Assembly: GCF_900167395.1 (NCBI RefSeq)
Contig: NZ_FUWK01000002.1
Location: 30,001 to 62,000 of the forward strand
Direction of reading: 5' to 3'
DNA length: 32,000 nucleotides
Source: Nitrosomonas europaea
Lineage (GTDB): Bacteria; Pseudomonadota; Gammaproteobacteria; Burkholderiales; Nitrosomonadaceae
The notes under the pieces: model-generated
Seen by the model: the letters and a program-made list of their open reading frames with translations, nothing else
Told to the model about the DNA's origin: nothing
The model's database searches: none
Position numbers and translations under genes: made by a program
In this document: positions 1 through 9,928 of the stretch, piece by piece
Numbering within the stretch: the stretch's first letter is position 1
Layout of the letters: each line of letters begins with the position of its first letter

Positions 1-242
1 AAAACTTCACCCTGCACCACCCGCACCAGTTTTCCCTGCGGTTGCTGTATCTGGTAGTGAAGACCGCGCAGGACATTCTTCACGCTGCGACTGTGATTAT
101 CCTGCACAAAATTGATTTCCCTGCCGACAGTTTCTTCAAACCGGGCCTGGTTGAAACTTTCAAAAAAGAAGCCGCGTTCATCACCAAATACTTTGGGTTC
201 GATGAGTACGACTTCCGGAATAGCAAAAGGAGTTACTTTCAT
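1..242 (-). CDS. rfbC: dTDP-4-dehydrorhamnose 3,5-epimerase, N-terminal part (gene runs off the window start)
   Basis: Minus-strand translation from the ATG at 242-240 reads [64 protein letters not shown]..., a typical RmlC/RfbC cupin N-terminus. Its ATG overlaps the rfbA stop (ATGA). It sits directly downstream of rfbA. Confidence 0.85.
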   Translation of the reverse strand, partial: MKVTPFAIPEVVLIEPKVFGDERGFFFESFNQARFEETVGREINFVQDNHSRSVKNVLRGLHYQIQQPQGKLVRVVQGEV

Positions 243-1123
243 CAGAACACATTTTCCCTGAGTATTTTCAGCAGATACTGACCATAACCATTTTTAGCCA
301 GTAATTGGGCCAGCATTTCCAGCCGGGCTGCATCTATCCATCCTTGCCGGTAGGCAATTTCTTCCGGACAGGCAACTTTCAGACCCTGCCGGTTTTCCAG
401 GGTAGCGATGAACTGACTGGCATCGAGCAGGGTTGCATGCGTACCGGTATCCAGCCAGGCGTAGCCGCGCCCCATGATTTCCACGCTGAGGTTGCCCTGT
501 TCGAGATAAAGACGGTTGAGATCGGTGATTTCCAGTTCGCCGCGTGCTGAAGGTTTGAGCGCTTTGGCATGATCGACGACCTGCGTATCATAAAAATACA
601 GCCCGGTCACCGCATAACTGGATCTTGGTTGTATCGGTTTTTCTTCCAGTGACAATACCTTGCCCTGTGCATTGAACTCGACTACACCATAACGTTCCGG
701 ATCATGCACATGATAAGCGAATACGCTGGCTCCTTCGGTGCGCATCATGGCATGAGTCAGCAGACGCTGGAGATCATGGCCGTAGAAAATGTTATCTCCC
801 AGCACCAGTGCAGAAGGATGGTTACCAATGAAATCCTCGCCAATCAGAAAAGCCTGTGCGAGGCCGTCGGGTGAAGGTTGCACGGCATATTGCAGATTCA
901 GCCCCCATTGTTCTCCGTCACCCAGCAGTTGCTGAAAACGAGGGGTGTCCTGCGGCGTGCTGATAATGAGAATATCGCGTATGCCTGCCAGCATCAGGGT
1001 GCTGAGCGGATAATAAATCATGGGTTTGTCGAATACCGGCAACAACTGCTTGCTCAGTGCAAGCGTCGCCGGATGCAGCCGGGTACCGGACCCTCCCGCA
1101 AGGATGAGGCCTCTGCGTGTCAT
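242..1123 (-). CDS. rfbA: glucose-1-phosphate thymidylyltransferase
   Basis: ORF 242..1201, trimmed to the ATG at 1123 ([30 protein letters not shown]...). It has the GGSGTRL nucleotidyltransferase motif, full-length RmlA-like sequence and an AAGGAA Shine-Dalgarno-like motif upstream. Confidence 0.95.
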   Translation of the reverse strand: MTRRGLILAGGSGTRLHPATLALSKQLLPVFDKPMIYYPLSTLMLAGIRDILIISTPQDTPRFQQLLGDGEQWGLNLQYAVQPSPDGLAQAFLIGEDFIGNHPSALVLGDNIFYGHDLQRLLTHAMMRTEGASVFAYHVHDPERYGVVEFNAQGKVLSLEEKPIQPRSSYAVTGLYFYDTQVVDHAKALKPSARGELEITDLNRLYLEQGNLSVEIMGRGYAWLDTGTHATLLDASQFIATLENRQGLKVACPEEIAYRQGWIDAARLEMLAQLLAKNGYGQYLLKILRENVF

Positions 1124-1408
1124 GTATTTATTCCTTGAATATTTTTCGGATACGTAATCCAGGATATTCCTGCTGATGAAATAACGGTACTCAGCCAGCA
1201 AAACCGGAAGAACCTGGAAATATACGGATTCTTGCAGATAGGATCAATTCACGAAAGGCTGGCTGCTATACTACGACTGCTTGCTGCCAGCACACGGATT
1301 CAGATAAATTGACAGATCCAAAGCCAGCCGAATCACCGGACAGTCTACCTGTTTTACCGGGATCGCTTAACGGCAGATAAAACCCATTTTCTCGGTAATA
1401 CTGTTCAC

Positions 1409-2329
1409 ATGACAACGATCGGTTTCATCGGCCTGGGTATCATGGGAAAACCCATGGCCGGCCATCTCATCCGGGGAGGATACCCGGTTTATCTCAACTC
1501 ACGCAGTGGCATACCTGCTGAGCTGACAGTGCCGGGTGGGCTGGCCTGCCCCACCCCCAGGGCTGTGGCTGAACAAGCGGATATCATCATCCTGATGTTG
1601 CCGGATACACCTGATGTTGAAAAGGTGCTGTTTGCCGAAAACGGAGTGGCACAAGGGCTGTCTGCGAACCCGCCTCGGTCGAAAATCATCATCGACATGA
1701 GCACGATTTCCCCGATCAGAACCCGGGATTTCGTTACACGAATCAGGCAGCTCGGCCACGAGTACGCGGATGCCCCGGTATCAGGTGGAGATATTGGTGC
1801 ACAGAATGCCACCCTCACGATCATGGTCGGGGCAACCGAGGCAGTTTTTGCGGAAATCGAGCCGATACTGGCGTTGATGGGCAAAACTGTCACGCGAATC
1901 GGTGATCCGGGCACTGGCCAGGTCTGCAAGGCGGCCAACCAGATCATCGCGGCCCTGACACTTGAGGCTGTGGCTGAAGCCCTGGTATTAGCTTCCAGAG
2001 CCGGAGCTGATCCCAATAAAGTCAGACAGGCCCTGCTGGGAGGGTTTGCCGCCTCGCGCATCCTGGAAGTACATGGAGAACGCATGATCAAACATGCCTT
2101 CACTCCCGGTTTCCGGGTCGATCTGCACCGGAAGGATCTCGGCATCGCACTGGATTGCGCCACGGAACTGGGTGTCAGCCTGCCAGGCACTGCACTGGTT
2201 CAATCGCTCTATAATGCCAGCATTGCGCAAGGAGATGCGCAACAGGACAGTTCAGCCATCGTGCGCATCCTCGAACAACTGGCCGGACATACCCTCGATA
2301 CCTCCACTGAATCTGCCCATGAACACTAA
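1409..2329 (+). CDS. NAD(P)-dependent 2-hydroxy-3-oxopropionate (tartronate semialdehyde) reductase / 3-hydroxyisobutyrate dehydrogenase family
   Basis: N-terminal Rossmann motif IGFIGLGIMGKPMAGHL and the length and layout of the GarR/GlxR/MmsB family. The stop at 2327-2329 overlaps the glcD start at 2319. Confidence 0.85.
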   Translation: MTTIGFIGLGIMGKPMAGHLIRGGYPVYLNSRSGIPAELTVPGGLACPTPRAVAEQADIIILMLPDTPDVEKVLFAENGVAQGLSANPPRSKIIIDMSTISPIRTRDFVTRIRQLGHEYADAPVSGGDIGAQNATLTIMVGATEAVFAEIEPILALMGKTVTRIGDPGTGQVCKAANQIIAALTLEAVAEALVLASRAGADPNKVRQALLGGFAASRILEVHGERMIKHAFTPGFRVDLHRKDLGIALDCATELGVSLPGTALVQSLYNASIAQGDAQQDSSAIVRILEQLAGHTLDTSTESAHEH

Positions 2330-3773
2330 CCAGCTGATCGAAGCCTTCCGCAAATTTCTGCCTGCGGAAGCCATATTGCACGAGGCAGAGGATTTGAGAC
2401 CGTATGAATGCGACGCCCTGTCCGCCTATCGGCAGCTACCAATGATCGTCGTGCTGCCGCGAACCGAGGCTGAAATTGCCGCTATCCTGCAAACCTGCCA
2501 GGCCGAACGTATTCCGGTGGTAGCACGTGGGTCCGGCACCGGTTTGTCTGGGGGCGCACTCCCTCACGCAGAAGGTGTTTTACTGTCATTAGCCAGATTG
2601 AACCATATTCTGGAAATCGATCCTGCAGCCGGTACTGCGCGTGTGCAGCCCGGTGTCCGTAACCTGGCCATCAGCGAAGCGGCTGCATATTATGGAATGT
2701 ATTACGCGCCTGACCCTTCTTCCCAGATCGCCTGCAGTATCGGCGGGAACGTGGCAGAAAATTCAGGAGGTGTGCACTGTCTCAAATACGGACTGACCGT
2801 CCACAATATCTTGCGGCTGCGTGTATTGACGATCGAAGGAGATCTGCTGGAAATCGGTGCAGATGCACTCGACAGTCCCGGTTTCGATCTGCTCGCACTG
2901 ATGACAGGCAGTGAAGGCATGCTGGGGATCGTCACCGAGATTACGGTCAGACTGCTGCCCAAACCGGAAACGGTAAAACTGGTCATGGCAGTGTTCGACG
3001 ATGTCAGAAAAGCTGGAGAAGCCGTCGCCAGCGTCATTCAGGCCGGTATCATTCCAGCCGGTATGGAGATGATGGACAAGATCACCATTCACGCCGTCGA
3101 AGATTTCGTGCATGCGGGTTACGACCTCGAAGGAGCGGCAATTCTGCTGTGTGAATCCGATGGTATGGCGGAAGAAGTCGCTGATGAAATCGAGCGGATA
3201 CGCACCATTCTGCAGGCAAGCGGGGCTACCCGGATCAGCCTTGCGCAGGATGAAGCCGAACGGCAGCGCTTCTGGGCCGGACGAAAAGCAGCCTTCCCGG
3301 CAGCAGGCAGAGTTTCACCAGATTACTACTGCATGGATGGCACCATTCCACGCAAGCATCTGGCACACGTGCTGGAACAAATCGAACAGCTCTCGGCAGA
3401 ATATGGCCTGCGCTGCATGAATGTATTTCATGCGGGAGATGGCAATTTGCATCCCCTGATTCTGTATGATGCCAACCAGCCGGGTGAACTGCAAAAGGCA
3501 GAAGCATTCGGGGCGCGAATACTGGAGATCTGCATCGAAGCAGGCGGATCGCTGACCGGCGAACACGGCGTGGGAATCGAGAAACTCAACCAGATGTGCC
3601 TGCAATTCAATGATGCCGAGCGCAACCGGTTCCATGCGATCAAAGCAGCATTCGATCCGCAATCACTGCTCAATCCAGGCAAAGCAATTCCCGAGCTGCA
3701 CCGCTGTGCCGAATTCGGTGCCATGCACATACACCGGGGAGCTGAAAAATTCCCGGAAATACCCAGATTCTAA
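2319..3773 (+). CDS. glcD: glycolate oxidase subunit GlcD (FAD-linked oxidase)
   Basis: ORF 2094..3773, trimmed to the ATG at 2319 (MNTNQLIEAFRKFLPAEAILHEAEDLRPYECDALSAY...). It has the FAD-binding PCMH-type sequence VVARGSGTGLSGGA and is followed by glcE and glcF. Confidence 0.9.
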   Translation: MNTNQLIEAFRKFLPAEAILHEAEDLRPYECDALSAYRQLPMIVVLPRTEAEIAAILQTCQAERIPVVARGSGTGLSGGALPHAEGVLLSLARLNHILEIDPAAGTARVQPGVRNLAISEAAAYYGMYYAPDPSSQIACSIGGNVAENSGGVHCLKYGLTVHNILRLRVLTIEGDLLEIGADALDSPGFDLLALMTGSEGMLGIVTEITVRLLPKPETVKLVMAVFDDVRKAGEAVASVIQAGIIPAGMEMMDKITIHAVEDFVHAGYDLEGAAILLCESDGMAEEVADEIERIRTILQASGATRISLAQDEAERQRFWAGRKAAFPAAGRVSPDYYCMDGTIPRKHLAHVLEQIEQLSAEYGLRCMNVFHAGDGNLHPLILYDANQPGELQKAEAFGARILEICIEAGGSLTGEHGVGIEKLNQMCLQFNDAERNRFHAIKAAFDPQSLLNPGKAIPELHRCAEFGAMHIHRGAEKFPEIPRF

Positions 3774-3782
3774 TTTTTTGTC

Positions 3783-4868
3783 ATGCAAACCCTTCCCGAT
3801 CATTTCATCGACACTATCAACGCGGCAATCGAAAATAAACAGCCGCTGCGCATCCGCGGTGGCGGCAGCAAGGATTTTTACGGCAATCCGCAGGCTTTAC
3901 AGCATTCTTCCATACTCGATACGTCCACCTGGCAGGGAGTCGTCGATTATGAACCGAGCGAACTGGTGATCACCGCTCGCTCCGGAACACCACTGGCCGA
4001 GCTGGAAAAGCTGTTGCACGATCACAGCCAGATGCTGGCTTTCGAGCCTCCTCATTTCAGCACGGCTGCCACACTGGGCGGGTGTGTCGCAGCCGGATTG
4101 TCCGGCCCCAGACGGGCCTATACCGGTGCGGTGCGTGACTATGTATTAGGTACCAAACTGCTGGATGGCCAGGGAAGTATCCTGTCTTTTGGCGGGCGGG
4201 TGATGAAGAATGTTGCCGGCTATGATGTGTCTCGTCTCATGACAGGTGCAATGGGTACATTGGGCGTATTGCTCGAAATATCGCTTAAAGTGCTTCCCAA
4301 ACCGGCAGTAGAACGCACCCTTCGCTTCCAGGCCAGCACACCCGAAGCCCTGGCAATCATGCGTCGCTGCACAGCTGAACCACTGCCGATTTCCGCCACC
4401 TGTTTTCATAATGATCAGCTTTACGTCCGGCTTTCCGGCGCCGAATCTGCCGTGCAAACCGCGCATGCCAGACTGGGGGGGGATGAAATCAAAGACAAGG
4501 ATGATTTCTGGGAATCGATCAGAGATCATACTCACCCGTTTTTCCAGGAAGGAAAATCCGCCGAAAAATCACTGTGGCGCCTGTCGATCAAGCCGACCAC
4601 TCCCCCGCTTTCACTGCCGGGTAAACAGCTGATCGAATGGGGCGGTGCACTGCGCTGGTTCGTCACAGATGAAGATACTGATGCTGCCGTAATCCGCAAA
4701 CACGCTGCGGATGCCGGTGGTCACGCCACCCTGTTTCACGGCAATAAAACAGCGATTCCTGTATTTCACCCGCTTTCCCCTGCTCTGCTGAAAATCCACC
4801 GACGTCTGAAACAGCAGTTCGATCCAGCAGGTATCCTCAATCCACAACGACTGTATACCGAGTTTTGA
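3783..4868 (+). CDS. glcE: glycolate oxidase subunit GlcE (FAD-binding)
   Basis: 361-aa ORF containing IRGGGSKDFYG and VAGYDVSRLMTGAMGTLGVLLEISLKVLP, typical of the FAD-binding GlcE subunit. It lies between glcD and glcF with 9-nt and 3-nt gaps. Confidence 0.85.
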   Translation: MQTLPDHFIDTINAAIENKQPLRIRGGGSKDFYGNPQALQHSSILDTSTWQGVVDYEPSELVITARSGTPLAELEKLLHDHSQMLAFEPPHFSTAATLGGCVAAGLSGPRRAYTGAVRDYVLGTKLLDGQGSILSFGGRVMKNVAGYDVSRLMTGAMGTLGVLLEISLKVLPKPAVERTLRFQASTPEALAIMRRCTAEPLPISATCFHNDQLYVRLSGAESAVQTAHARLGGDEIKDKDDFWESIRDHTHPFFQEGKSAEKSLWRLSIKPTTPPLSLPGKQLIEWGGALRWFVTDEDTDAAVIRKHAADAGGHATLFHGNKTAIPVFHPLSPALLKIHRRLKQQFDPAGILNPQRLYTEF

Positions 4869-4871
4869 GCC

Positions 4872-6131
4872 ATGCAAACCCGTTTGACTGATCTGATCAA
4901 AGACACGCCGGAAGGACAAGAAGCAGATGCCATTCTGCGCAGTTGTGTGCATTGCGGTTTCTGTCTCGCGACCTGCCCCACCTATCAGCTGCTGGGAAAC
5001 GAGCTGGACAGCCCGCGCGGGCGAATTTATCTGATCAAGCAGATGCTGGAAGGCCAGGAAGTCACTGAAAAAACCCAGCTGCATCTCGATCGCTGCCTGA
5101 CCTGCCGCGCCTGTGAAACCACCTGTCCATCCGGTGTACAGTACGGGCATCTGCTCGATATCGGCCGAGGCATGGTCGAACAGCAAATTCAACGCACCCC
5201 TTATGCCACCTTCAAGCGTTATGCCCTGCGCAAATTGCTGCCCAACCGCACCCTTTTCAGCACTCTCATGGGCGTTGCCCGTATGGGTCGGCCACTACTC
5301 CCTGCCCGCCTGAAAAAGACGATATTCCCGAAACCGGTAACCGCACGCAGCCCCTCCGGCAAAACCCACACGCGCTCCATGCTGATACTCGCCGGCTGCG
5401 TACAACCGGCGCTGACGCCCAACACCAACCATGCCACCACACGTGTGCTGGATCGGCTCGGTATTGCAGTGATGGCTGCAGAACAAGCTGGCTGCTGCGG
5501 CGCACTTGCCTACCATCTCAATGCACAGGAAGAAGGGTTGAACGCCATGCGCCGCAATATCGATGCATGGTGGCCTTTTGTCACGCGATCCGAGAATCCG
5601 GTTGAGGCCATTATCGTCACGGCCAGCGGCTGCGGTGTCACTGTCAAGGATTACGGACACCTGCTGCAACACGATCCGGATTATGCCGAAAAAGCTGCAA
5701 AGATCTCCAGCCTGACCCGGGATATCAGCGAAATCATCACGGCCGAAGCTTCCACACTGATCCCGCTACTGGAAGCAGAAAAAGCGACATCGAAATCCTC
5801 ATCTCCACGCAATCTTGCCTTTCACGCCCCCTGCACCTTGCAGCACGGCATGAAGCTGAAAGGAAAAGTCGAACCGGTTCTGCAAGCGGCAGGCTTCAAC
5901 CTGACCAAAGTTGCTGATCCCCACCTCTGTTGCGGTTCAGCAGGCACCTATTCCATCCTGCAACCCAAACTTTCCCGCCAGTTGCGCGACAATAAAATCG
6001 CTGCATTAACCATGGAGAACCCTGATCTGGTAGTTACCGCCAATATCGGCTGCCAGATGCACCTGCAAGGCGGCACTTCGCTGCCTGTGCGCCACTGGAT
6101 TGAACTGCTGGATGAAACCCTGACCGGGTAA
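4872..6131 (+). CDS. glcF: glycolate oxidase iron-sulfur subunit GlcF
   Basis: Two ferredoxin-type clusters (CVHCGFCLATCP and CLTCRACETTCP) plus C-terminal CCG-type cysteine-rich repeats (GCCGALAYH, LCCGSAGTY). Confidence 0.9.
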   Translation: MQTRLTDLIKDTPEGQEADAILRSCVHCGFCLATCPTYQLLGNELDSPRGRIYLIKQMLEGQEVTEKTQLHLDRCLTCRACETTCPSGVQYGHLLDIGRGMVEQQIQRTPYATFKRYALRKLLPNRTLFSTLMGVARMGRPLLPARLKKTIFPKPVTARSPSGKTHTRSMLILAGCVQPALTPNTNHATTRVLDRLGIAVMAAEQAGCCGALAYHLNAQEEGLNAMRRNIDAWWPFVTRSENPVEAIIVTASGCGVTVKDYGHLLQHDPDYAEKAAKISSLTRDISEIITAEASTLIPLLEAEKATSKSSSPRNLAFHAPCTLQHGMKLKGKVEPVLQAAGFNLTKVADPHLCCGSAGTYSILQPKLSRQLRDNKIAALTMENPDLVVTANIGCQMHLQGGTSLPVRHWIELLDETLTG

Positions 6132-6159
6132 CTGCTGAAATAAAAATCAGGCTGATCAC

Positions 6160-6876
6160 CTATCCGCGCGGCCGTATCGCCGACAGGGGGATCTGGTTCA
6201 GTTCCGCTGTGGCCTCGCGCCAGGCCGGATAATGCTGATCCATTAACCCGACAAACCGTTTGTTATGCGATGGTTCGATCAGGTGAACCAACTCATGCAC
6301 CACAACATATTCCAGCAAATCCTGCGGTTTTCTCACCAGATCGGTATTCAACCGGATATGGCGACGCCTCGTATTGCAGCTACCCCAGCGGGTTTTCATC
6401 TGCTGCAGAAAGTAAGCAGAGACACTCACACCCAGCCGATCCTGCCATTTTCCGATCAGATCAGGCACCACGGCATGCAGCAGGGATTTATGCCAGGCAT
6501 GCATCACAGCAGCACGCTTGAACAGATCGCTACCGGGGCGCACCTGCAGGGTGATGGTCTGCTGATCCATCAGCACACACGGCCCGGCTGATTTCTCCAC
6601 CACCTGCAGCACGTAATGACGCCCCCATACGGTATGACTTTCCCCACCGATAAATTGCCGAGGGACTTCCCTGACCTGCGCTTGCAGTTTTGCCTGCTGC
6701 TTGTGAATCCAGTCCAGTTTTGCAGTGACAAACGCACGCACCACTTCCAGCCGCATACCGGTTGGTGCCACCAGTGTCACCCGGCCATCCGGTGGATGCA
6801 CCCGCAGGTAAACATGCTTCACTGCCCTGCGTTGCATGAAAATCGTAAGATTTTCCAGCCTGATCTGTTCGCTCAT
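6160..6876 (-). CDS. YgjP-like (DUF45, M48/WLM-type) zinc metallopeptidase
   Basis: HExxH motif in VVHELVHLIEPSHN near the C-terminus, as in the YgjP family. The ORF track starts at a TTG at 6879. The ATG at 6876 overlaps the sbcB stop (TGATG), which suggests translational coupling. Confidence 0.8.
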   Translation of the reverse strand: MSEQIRLENLTIFMQRRAVKHVYLRVHPPDGRVTLVAPTGMRLEVVRAFVTAKLDWIHKQQAKLQAQVREVPRQFIGGESHTVWGRHYVLQVVEKSAGPCVLMDQQTITLQVRPGSDLFKRAAVMHAWHKSLLHAVVPDLIGKWQDRLGVSVSAYFLQQMKTRWGSCNTRRRHIRLNTDLVRKPQDLLEYVVVHELVHLIEPSHNKRFVGLMDQHYPAWREATAELNQIPLSAIRPRG

Positions 6877-8366
6877 CAATCAGTCTGTTCTTCCGATCCG
6901 GAATGATCAGGCGGCCAGGGCAGATCATTTTCCTGTGCCAGTACCCTGCCCCACGCTTCCAGCTCATTCAGAATGTCCAGCTGCGCCTGCTGAGGGCAAT
7001 CGGTTCGCAGTTGCAGAAGTTTCTGGTGATATTCATTCAATGTCAGGCTACCGTTGATGGCATTTTCACCAAGCTGTCTGCGGCAATGCATTTGCCAATG
7101 GTGTTCTTCCTGAACCGATAAGGTATCGGGAAAGTTGCGGGCACGATAACGGAACAACAGCTCGATATACCGTTCATCCTGAAATTTTCCGGCCAGGTCA
7201 GCCAGTTTCCCTGGTTCTGCATCACGCACCAGCGGGAACAGATTGCGATCGTGGTCACTGGCAAAACCATCGTACAACGCCAGATCGGCATCGTTTTCTG
7301 CAAATACTTTATTGCCGGAATACGCCTGTTTGATTCGCTGCATGAAATCCGGATGCTGCAGTAACAGTTGCCAGTGTTGCTGACATTGTTCGACATTCAG
7401 TCCGATTCGATTGGCGACTTCGTCATTCAGAACTTTTTGTGGTGCCAGTGCCGGACATTTGTTCAGCCTGACCGCTTTGACTGGCAGGCGCTGCAGTCCT
7501 TCTGCCAGCTCTTCTTTGGGTGTAAAAAGACGTTCCGCCAGTGCATCGATATCCAGCAGGACAAATTCAGCGGGATCATGCCGCAAGTCATAAACCAGAA
7601 CACTGTTGGCATTACCGGTTTCAGGCAGCAGTGGCATGACCAGCGTAGTACAGCCATATTCGGAGGAGTACATACGGGAAGTATGCAAAACCGGGGCGTG
7701 GGTTTTCATATCCAGCAAATTGCCAGCAGCACGTTTATCGCGTAAACGAAACAGCCAGTCGTACAGGCGCGGTTGCTGTGCACGCAGCAGGCGGGCCAGC
7801 GCAATCGTAGCCCGGACATCGGATAACGCATCATGCGCACTGTCATGTACCAATCCATTGGCTGTGGTGATGTCCTCCAGCCGAAAACTGGGTTTCCCTT
7901 CCCCGTTGATCGGCCAGTTGATGCCTTCCGGACGCAGAGCAAAAGTCATACGGGCAAGATCGATCACATCCCAGCGCGAATTGCCAGATTGCCATTCGCG
8001 CGCGTAGGGGTCATAAAAATTGCGGTACAGCGTAAACCGAGTGACTTCATCATCGAATCGCAACGTGTTATAGCCCACTCCGCAAGTACCCGGTTGCGCC
8101 AACTGTGCATGAATCAGTGCGATGAATTCCGGCTCCGGCAGCCCCCGGGCTTCTGCCATTTGTGGCGTAATGCCGGTAAGCAGACAGGCTTCCGGGTGAG
8201 GCAACCGGTCGCGCGCCGGCTGGCAATAGATCACCAGCGGGTCACCAATTTCATTGAGCGCTTCGTCCGTCCTCAACCCGGCAAACTGAAATGGCCGATC
8301 CCAGCGTGGCGTTGCCCCGGAAGTTTCATAATCATGCCAGTAAAGCGTTGAGTTACCTGTCTGCAT
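6876..8366 (-). CDS. sbcB: exodeoxyribonuclease I
   Basis: 496-aa ORF starting MQTGNSTLYWHDYETSGATPRWDRPFQFAGLRTD..., with the DEDDh exonuclease motifs (HDYETSG; HDALSDVRATIALARLL) and full SbcB-like length. Confidence 0.95.
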   Translation of the reverse strand: MQTGNSTLYWHDYETSGATPRWDRPFQFAGLRTDEALNEIGDPLVIYCQPARDRLPHPEACLLTGITPQMAEARGLPEPEFIALIHAQLAQPGTCGVGYNTLRFDDEVTRFTLYRNFYDPYAREWQSGNSRWDVIDLARMTFALRPEGINWPINGEGKPSFRLEDITTANGLVHDSAHDALSDVRATIALARLLRAQQPRLYDWLFRLRDKRAAGNLLDMKTHAPVLHTSRMYSSEYGCTTLVMPLLPETGNANSVLVYDLRHDPAEFVLLDIDALAERLFTPKEELAEGLQRLPVKAVRLNKCPALAPQKVLNDEVANRIGLNVEQCQQHWQLLLQHPDFMQRIKQAYSGNKVFAENDADLALYDGFASDHDRNLFPLVRDAEPGKLADLAGKFQDERYIELLFRYRARNFPDTLSVQEEHHWQMHCRRQLGENAINGSLTLNEYHQKLLQLRTDCPQQAQLDILNELEAWGRVLAQENDLPWPPDHSGSEEQTD

Positions 8367-8388
8367 CGTAGTAGTCAGTTTCTCAAGG

Positions 8389-8579
8389 TTATGCAGCCAG
8401 GTGATCTTTCACTGTTATCGCTATATCGGGAAATACGGTGATCAGTTTTCTATCAGCCGTGATGAGTTTGGAGTTAAGCGATTTAGCAGTCGATATGAAT
8501 TCGCAATCATATGCAGAGCAGCCTGCTTAAGGTGCTCATAAATATCCTCAGGTATGTTTTTAACAGTCAAAGAAGCCAT
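8389..8579 (-). pseudogene. vapBC-type toxin-antitoxin relic: RHH antitoxin N-terminus fused by deletion to a PIN-toxin C-terminus
   Basis: From the ATG at 8579 the minus strand reads MASLTVKNIPEDIYEHLKQAA (FitA/VapB-like ribbon-helix-helix N-terminus). A different frame then reads SAYDCEFISTAKSLNSKLITADRKLITVFPDIAITVKDHLAA*. This looks like the C-terminal 40-odd residues of a PIN-domain VapC, with the aYDaxf...LxTxD pattern. That second frame has no start codon and is closed upstream by several stops. Confidence 0.55.
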
Positions 8580-8835
8580 CATTTCCACCAGAATAGTTTC
8601 TACCGGTTGCATTATGGTTTCGCTGAAAACAGCATGTCAATGCGATTCTCAGGGATCCTCTGAAAATCATTGACGAGGCAGTCAGCCAAGGCAAAAACAG
8701 ATAAAAAGCGCAGTTTACAAGTACTAAACAACCACCGGCTAAAGCCTGTTCCTGTCCCATCCTCACACAACGTCGCGCCATCTCTTACACAGCGCACTAC
8801 TCAATCAAATCAGGTGTAATACCACGTCTCGAAGG

Positions 8836-8851
8836 TTCGCAATCTGTATAG
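8836..8851. repeat. left arm of a 16-nt imperfect inverted repeat flanking the GC-rich efflux cassette (TTCGCAATCTGTATAG)
   Basis: The reverse complement of 16608-16623 is TTCGCAATTTGTATAG, a 15/16 match. The arm lies about 70 nt outside the first cassette gene. Confidence 0.4.
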
Positions 8852-8919
8852 AAGCCGAAAGCTGCCACGAAACTGCTCCATGTACGATAGATCGGACTCA
8901 ATCTGCAAACAGGGCTTTT

Positions 8920-9918
8920 ATGTCAATGCAATCCCGATCCTCTCCCATGACAATGGTCCTGCCAGTCATCTTTTTCCTGGCTGCCTGCAGTGGTTCCCAA
9001 CCGGAAGCGATGCCGGACAAGCCCGCCAAGGTAGAACCGATCGGCCACGAAACCAATCTCCTCAAGCTCACCCTGTCAACACAAGCCATCCAGCGTCTCG
9101 GTATCGAGACTGCACCCGCCAGCGACAGTAAAAATACAAATAACATAATGCTGCACGGCGAAGTCATCATTCCTCCGGCAGGTGGCGGGGTCCCGGTAAC
9201 ATCAGCGAGCGATCTTGCCACGCTCGCATCAAACCAGGCCCGCGCCGATGGTGACGTGATGCGGACCCGCGCGGAACTCGATATCGCGCTCAAGAATGCA
9301 GCGCGCGCCGAGGCGCTCGTGCGCGAGGAAGCGGGCAGCGTGCGGCTGCGTGACGAAGCACTGGCTACGGTTGCGGTAGCACGCGCAAACCTGCGCGTTG
9401 CCCAGACCCAGCGGGCGCAATATGGACCGCCGATCACCGCAATGAACCGGACAAGCCAGGTGTGGATCCGCGTGCCGGTTCCGGCCGGAGATGTGTCACG
9501 CATCATCCGCTCGGCACCCGCCCAGATCGCGGCACTCGGCGATGGGAGTACGCGTCGGTCGGCACGACCGGTCGACGGCCCGCCTTCCGCCAATGCAGCT
9601 GCGGCCACGGTCGACCTCTACTACGCGCTCGGCAATGCCGGTACCTCGTTCCGAATCGGGCAGCGCATTGCGGTGGAACTTCCCGCGCAGGGGCAGACCA
9701 GCGGCCTTACCATTCCGTCGTCATCTATCCTGCGCGACATCTACGGCGGTGAATGGGTCTATGTCTCGACCGGCAAACGCAGCTTCGAGCGCAGACGCGT
9801 CGAGATCGCTTCGGTGCAGAACGGCCAGGCTCTTCTCGCGCGGGGCCTCAAACCTGGAATGGAGGTCGTTACCGCCGGTGCCGCGGAATTGTTCGGTACC
9901 GAATTCGGCATAAAATAA
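8920..9918 (+). CDS. efflux RND transporter periplasmic adaptor (membrane fusion protein), lipoprotein
   Basis: Signal peptide with a lipobox (VIFFLAAC|SG), an Ala/Arg-rich coiled-coil hairpin segment ([32 protein letters not shown]...) and a beta-rich C-terminus. It ends 10 nt upstream of the RND pump gene. Confidence 0.85.
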   Translation: MSMQSRSSPMTMVLPVIFFLAACSGSQPEAMPDKPAKVEPIGHETNLLKLTLSTQAIQRLGIETAPASDSKNTNNIMLHGEVIIPPAGGGVPVTSASDLATLASNQARADGDVMRTRAELDIALKNAARAEALVREEAGSVRLRDEALATVAVARANLRVAQTQRAQYGPPITAMNRTSQVWIRVPVPAGDVSRIIRSAPAQIAALGDGSTRRSARPVDGPPSANAAAATVDLYYALGNAGTSFRIGQRIAVELPAQGQTSGLTIPSSSILRDIYGGEWVYVSTGKRSFERRRVEIASVQNGQALLARGLKPGMEVVTAGAAELFGTEFGIK

Positions 9919-9928
9919 GACACGCCCG

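Noticed and set aside
2094-2318. The 75-codon N-terminal extension of the glcD ORF. Similar extensions occur at 12553-13065, 25048-25122, 27706-27783, 1124-1201 and 22789-22803.
   Set aside because: The extensions overlap the preceding gene or read as nonsense. In each case, conserved family N-termini begin at the internal ATG, which often has a Shine-Dalgarno motif or a stop-start overlap.
1489-5672. Antisense ORFs over the reductase and glcDEF genes (1489..2190 -, 4611..5192 -, 5295..5672 - and others).
   Set aside because: They overlap well-supported genes on the opposite strand and have non-protein-like composition with no motifs.
8831-8851. tRNA-like T-arm (GGTTCGCAATC versus the consensus GGTTCGAATCC) at the left island boundary, as a possible tRNA-fragment att site.
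   Set aside because: No acceptor, D or anticodon arms can be built from the neighbouring sequence. The matching copy at the other boundary is inverted rather than direct, which does not fit an integrase att duplication.
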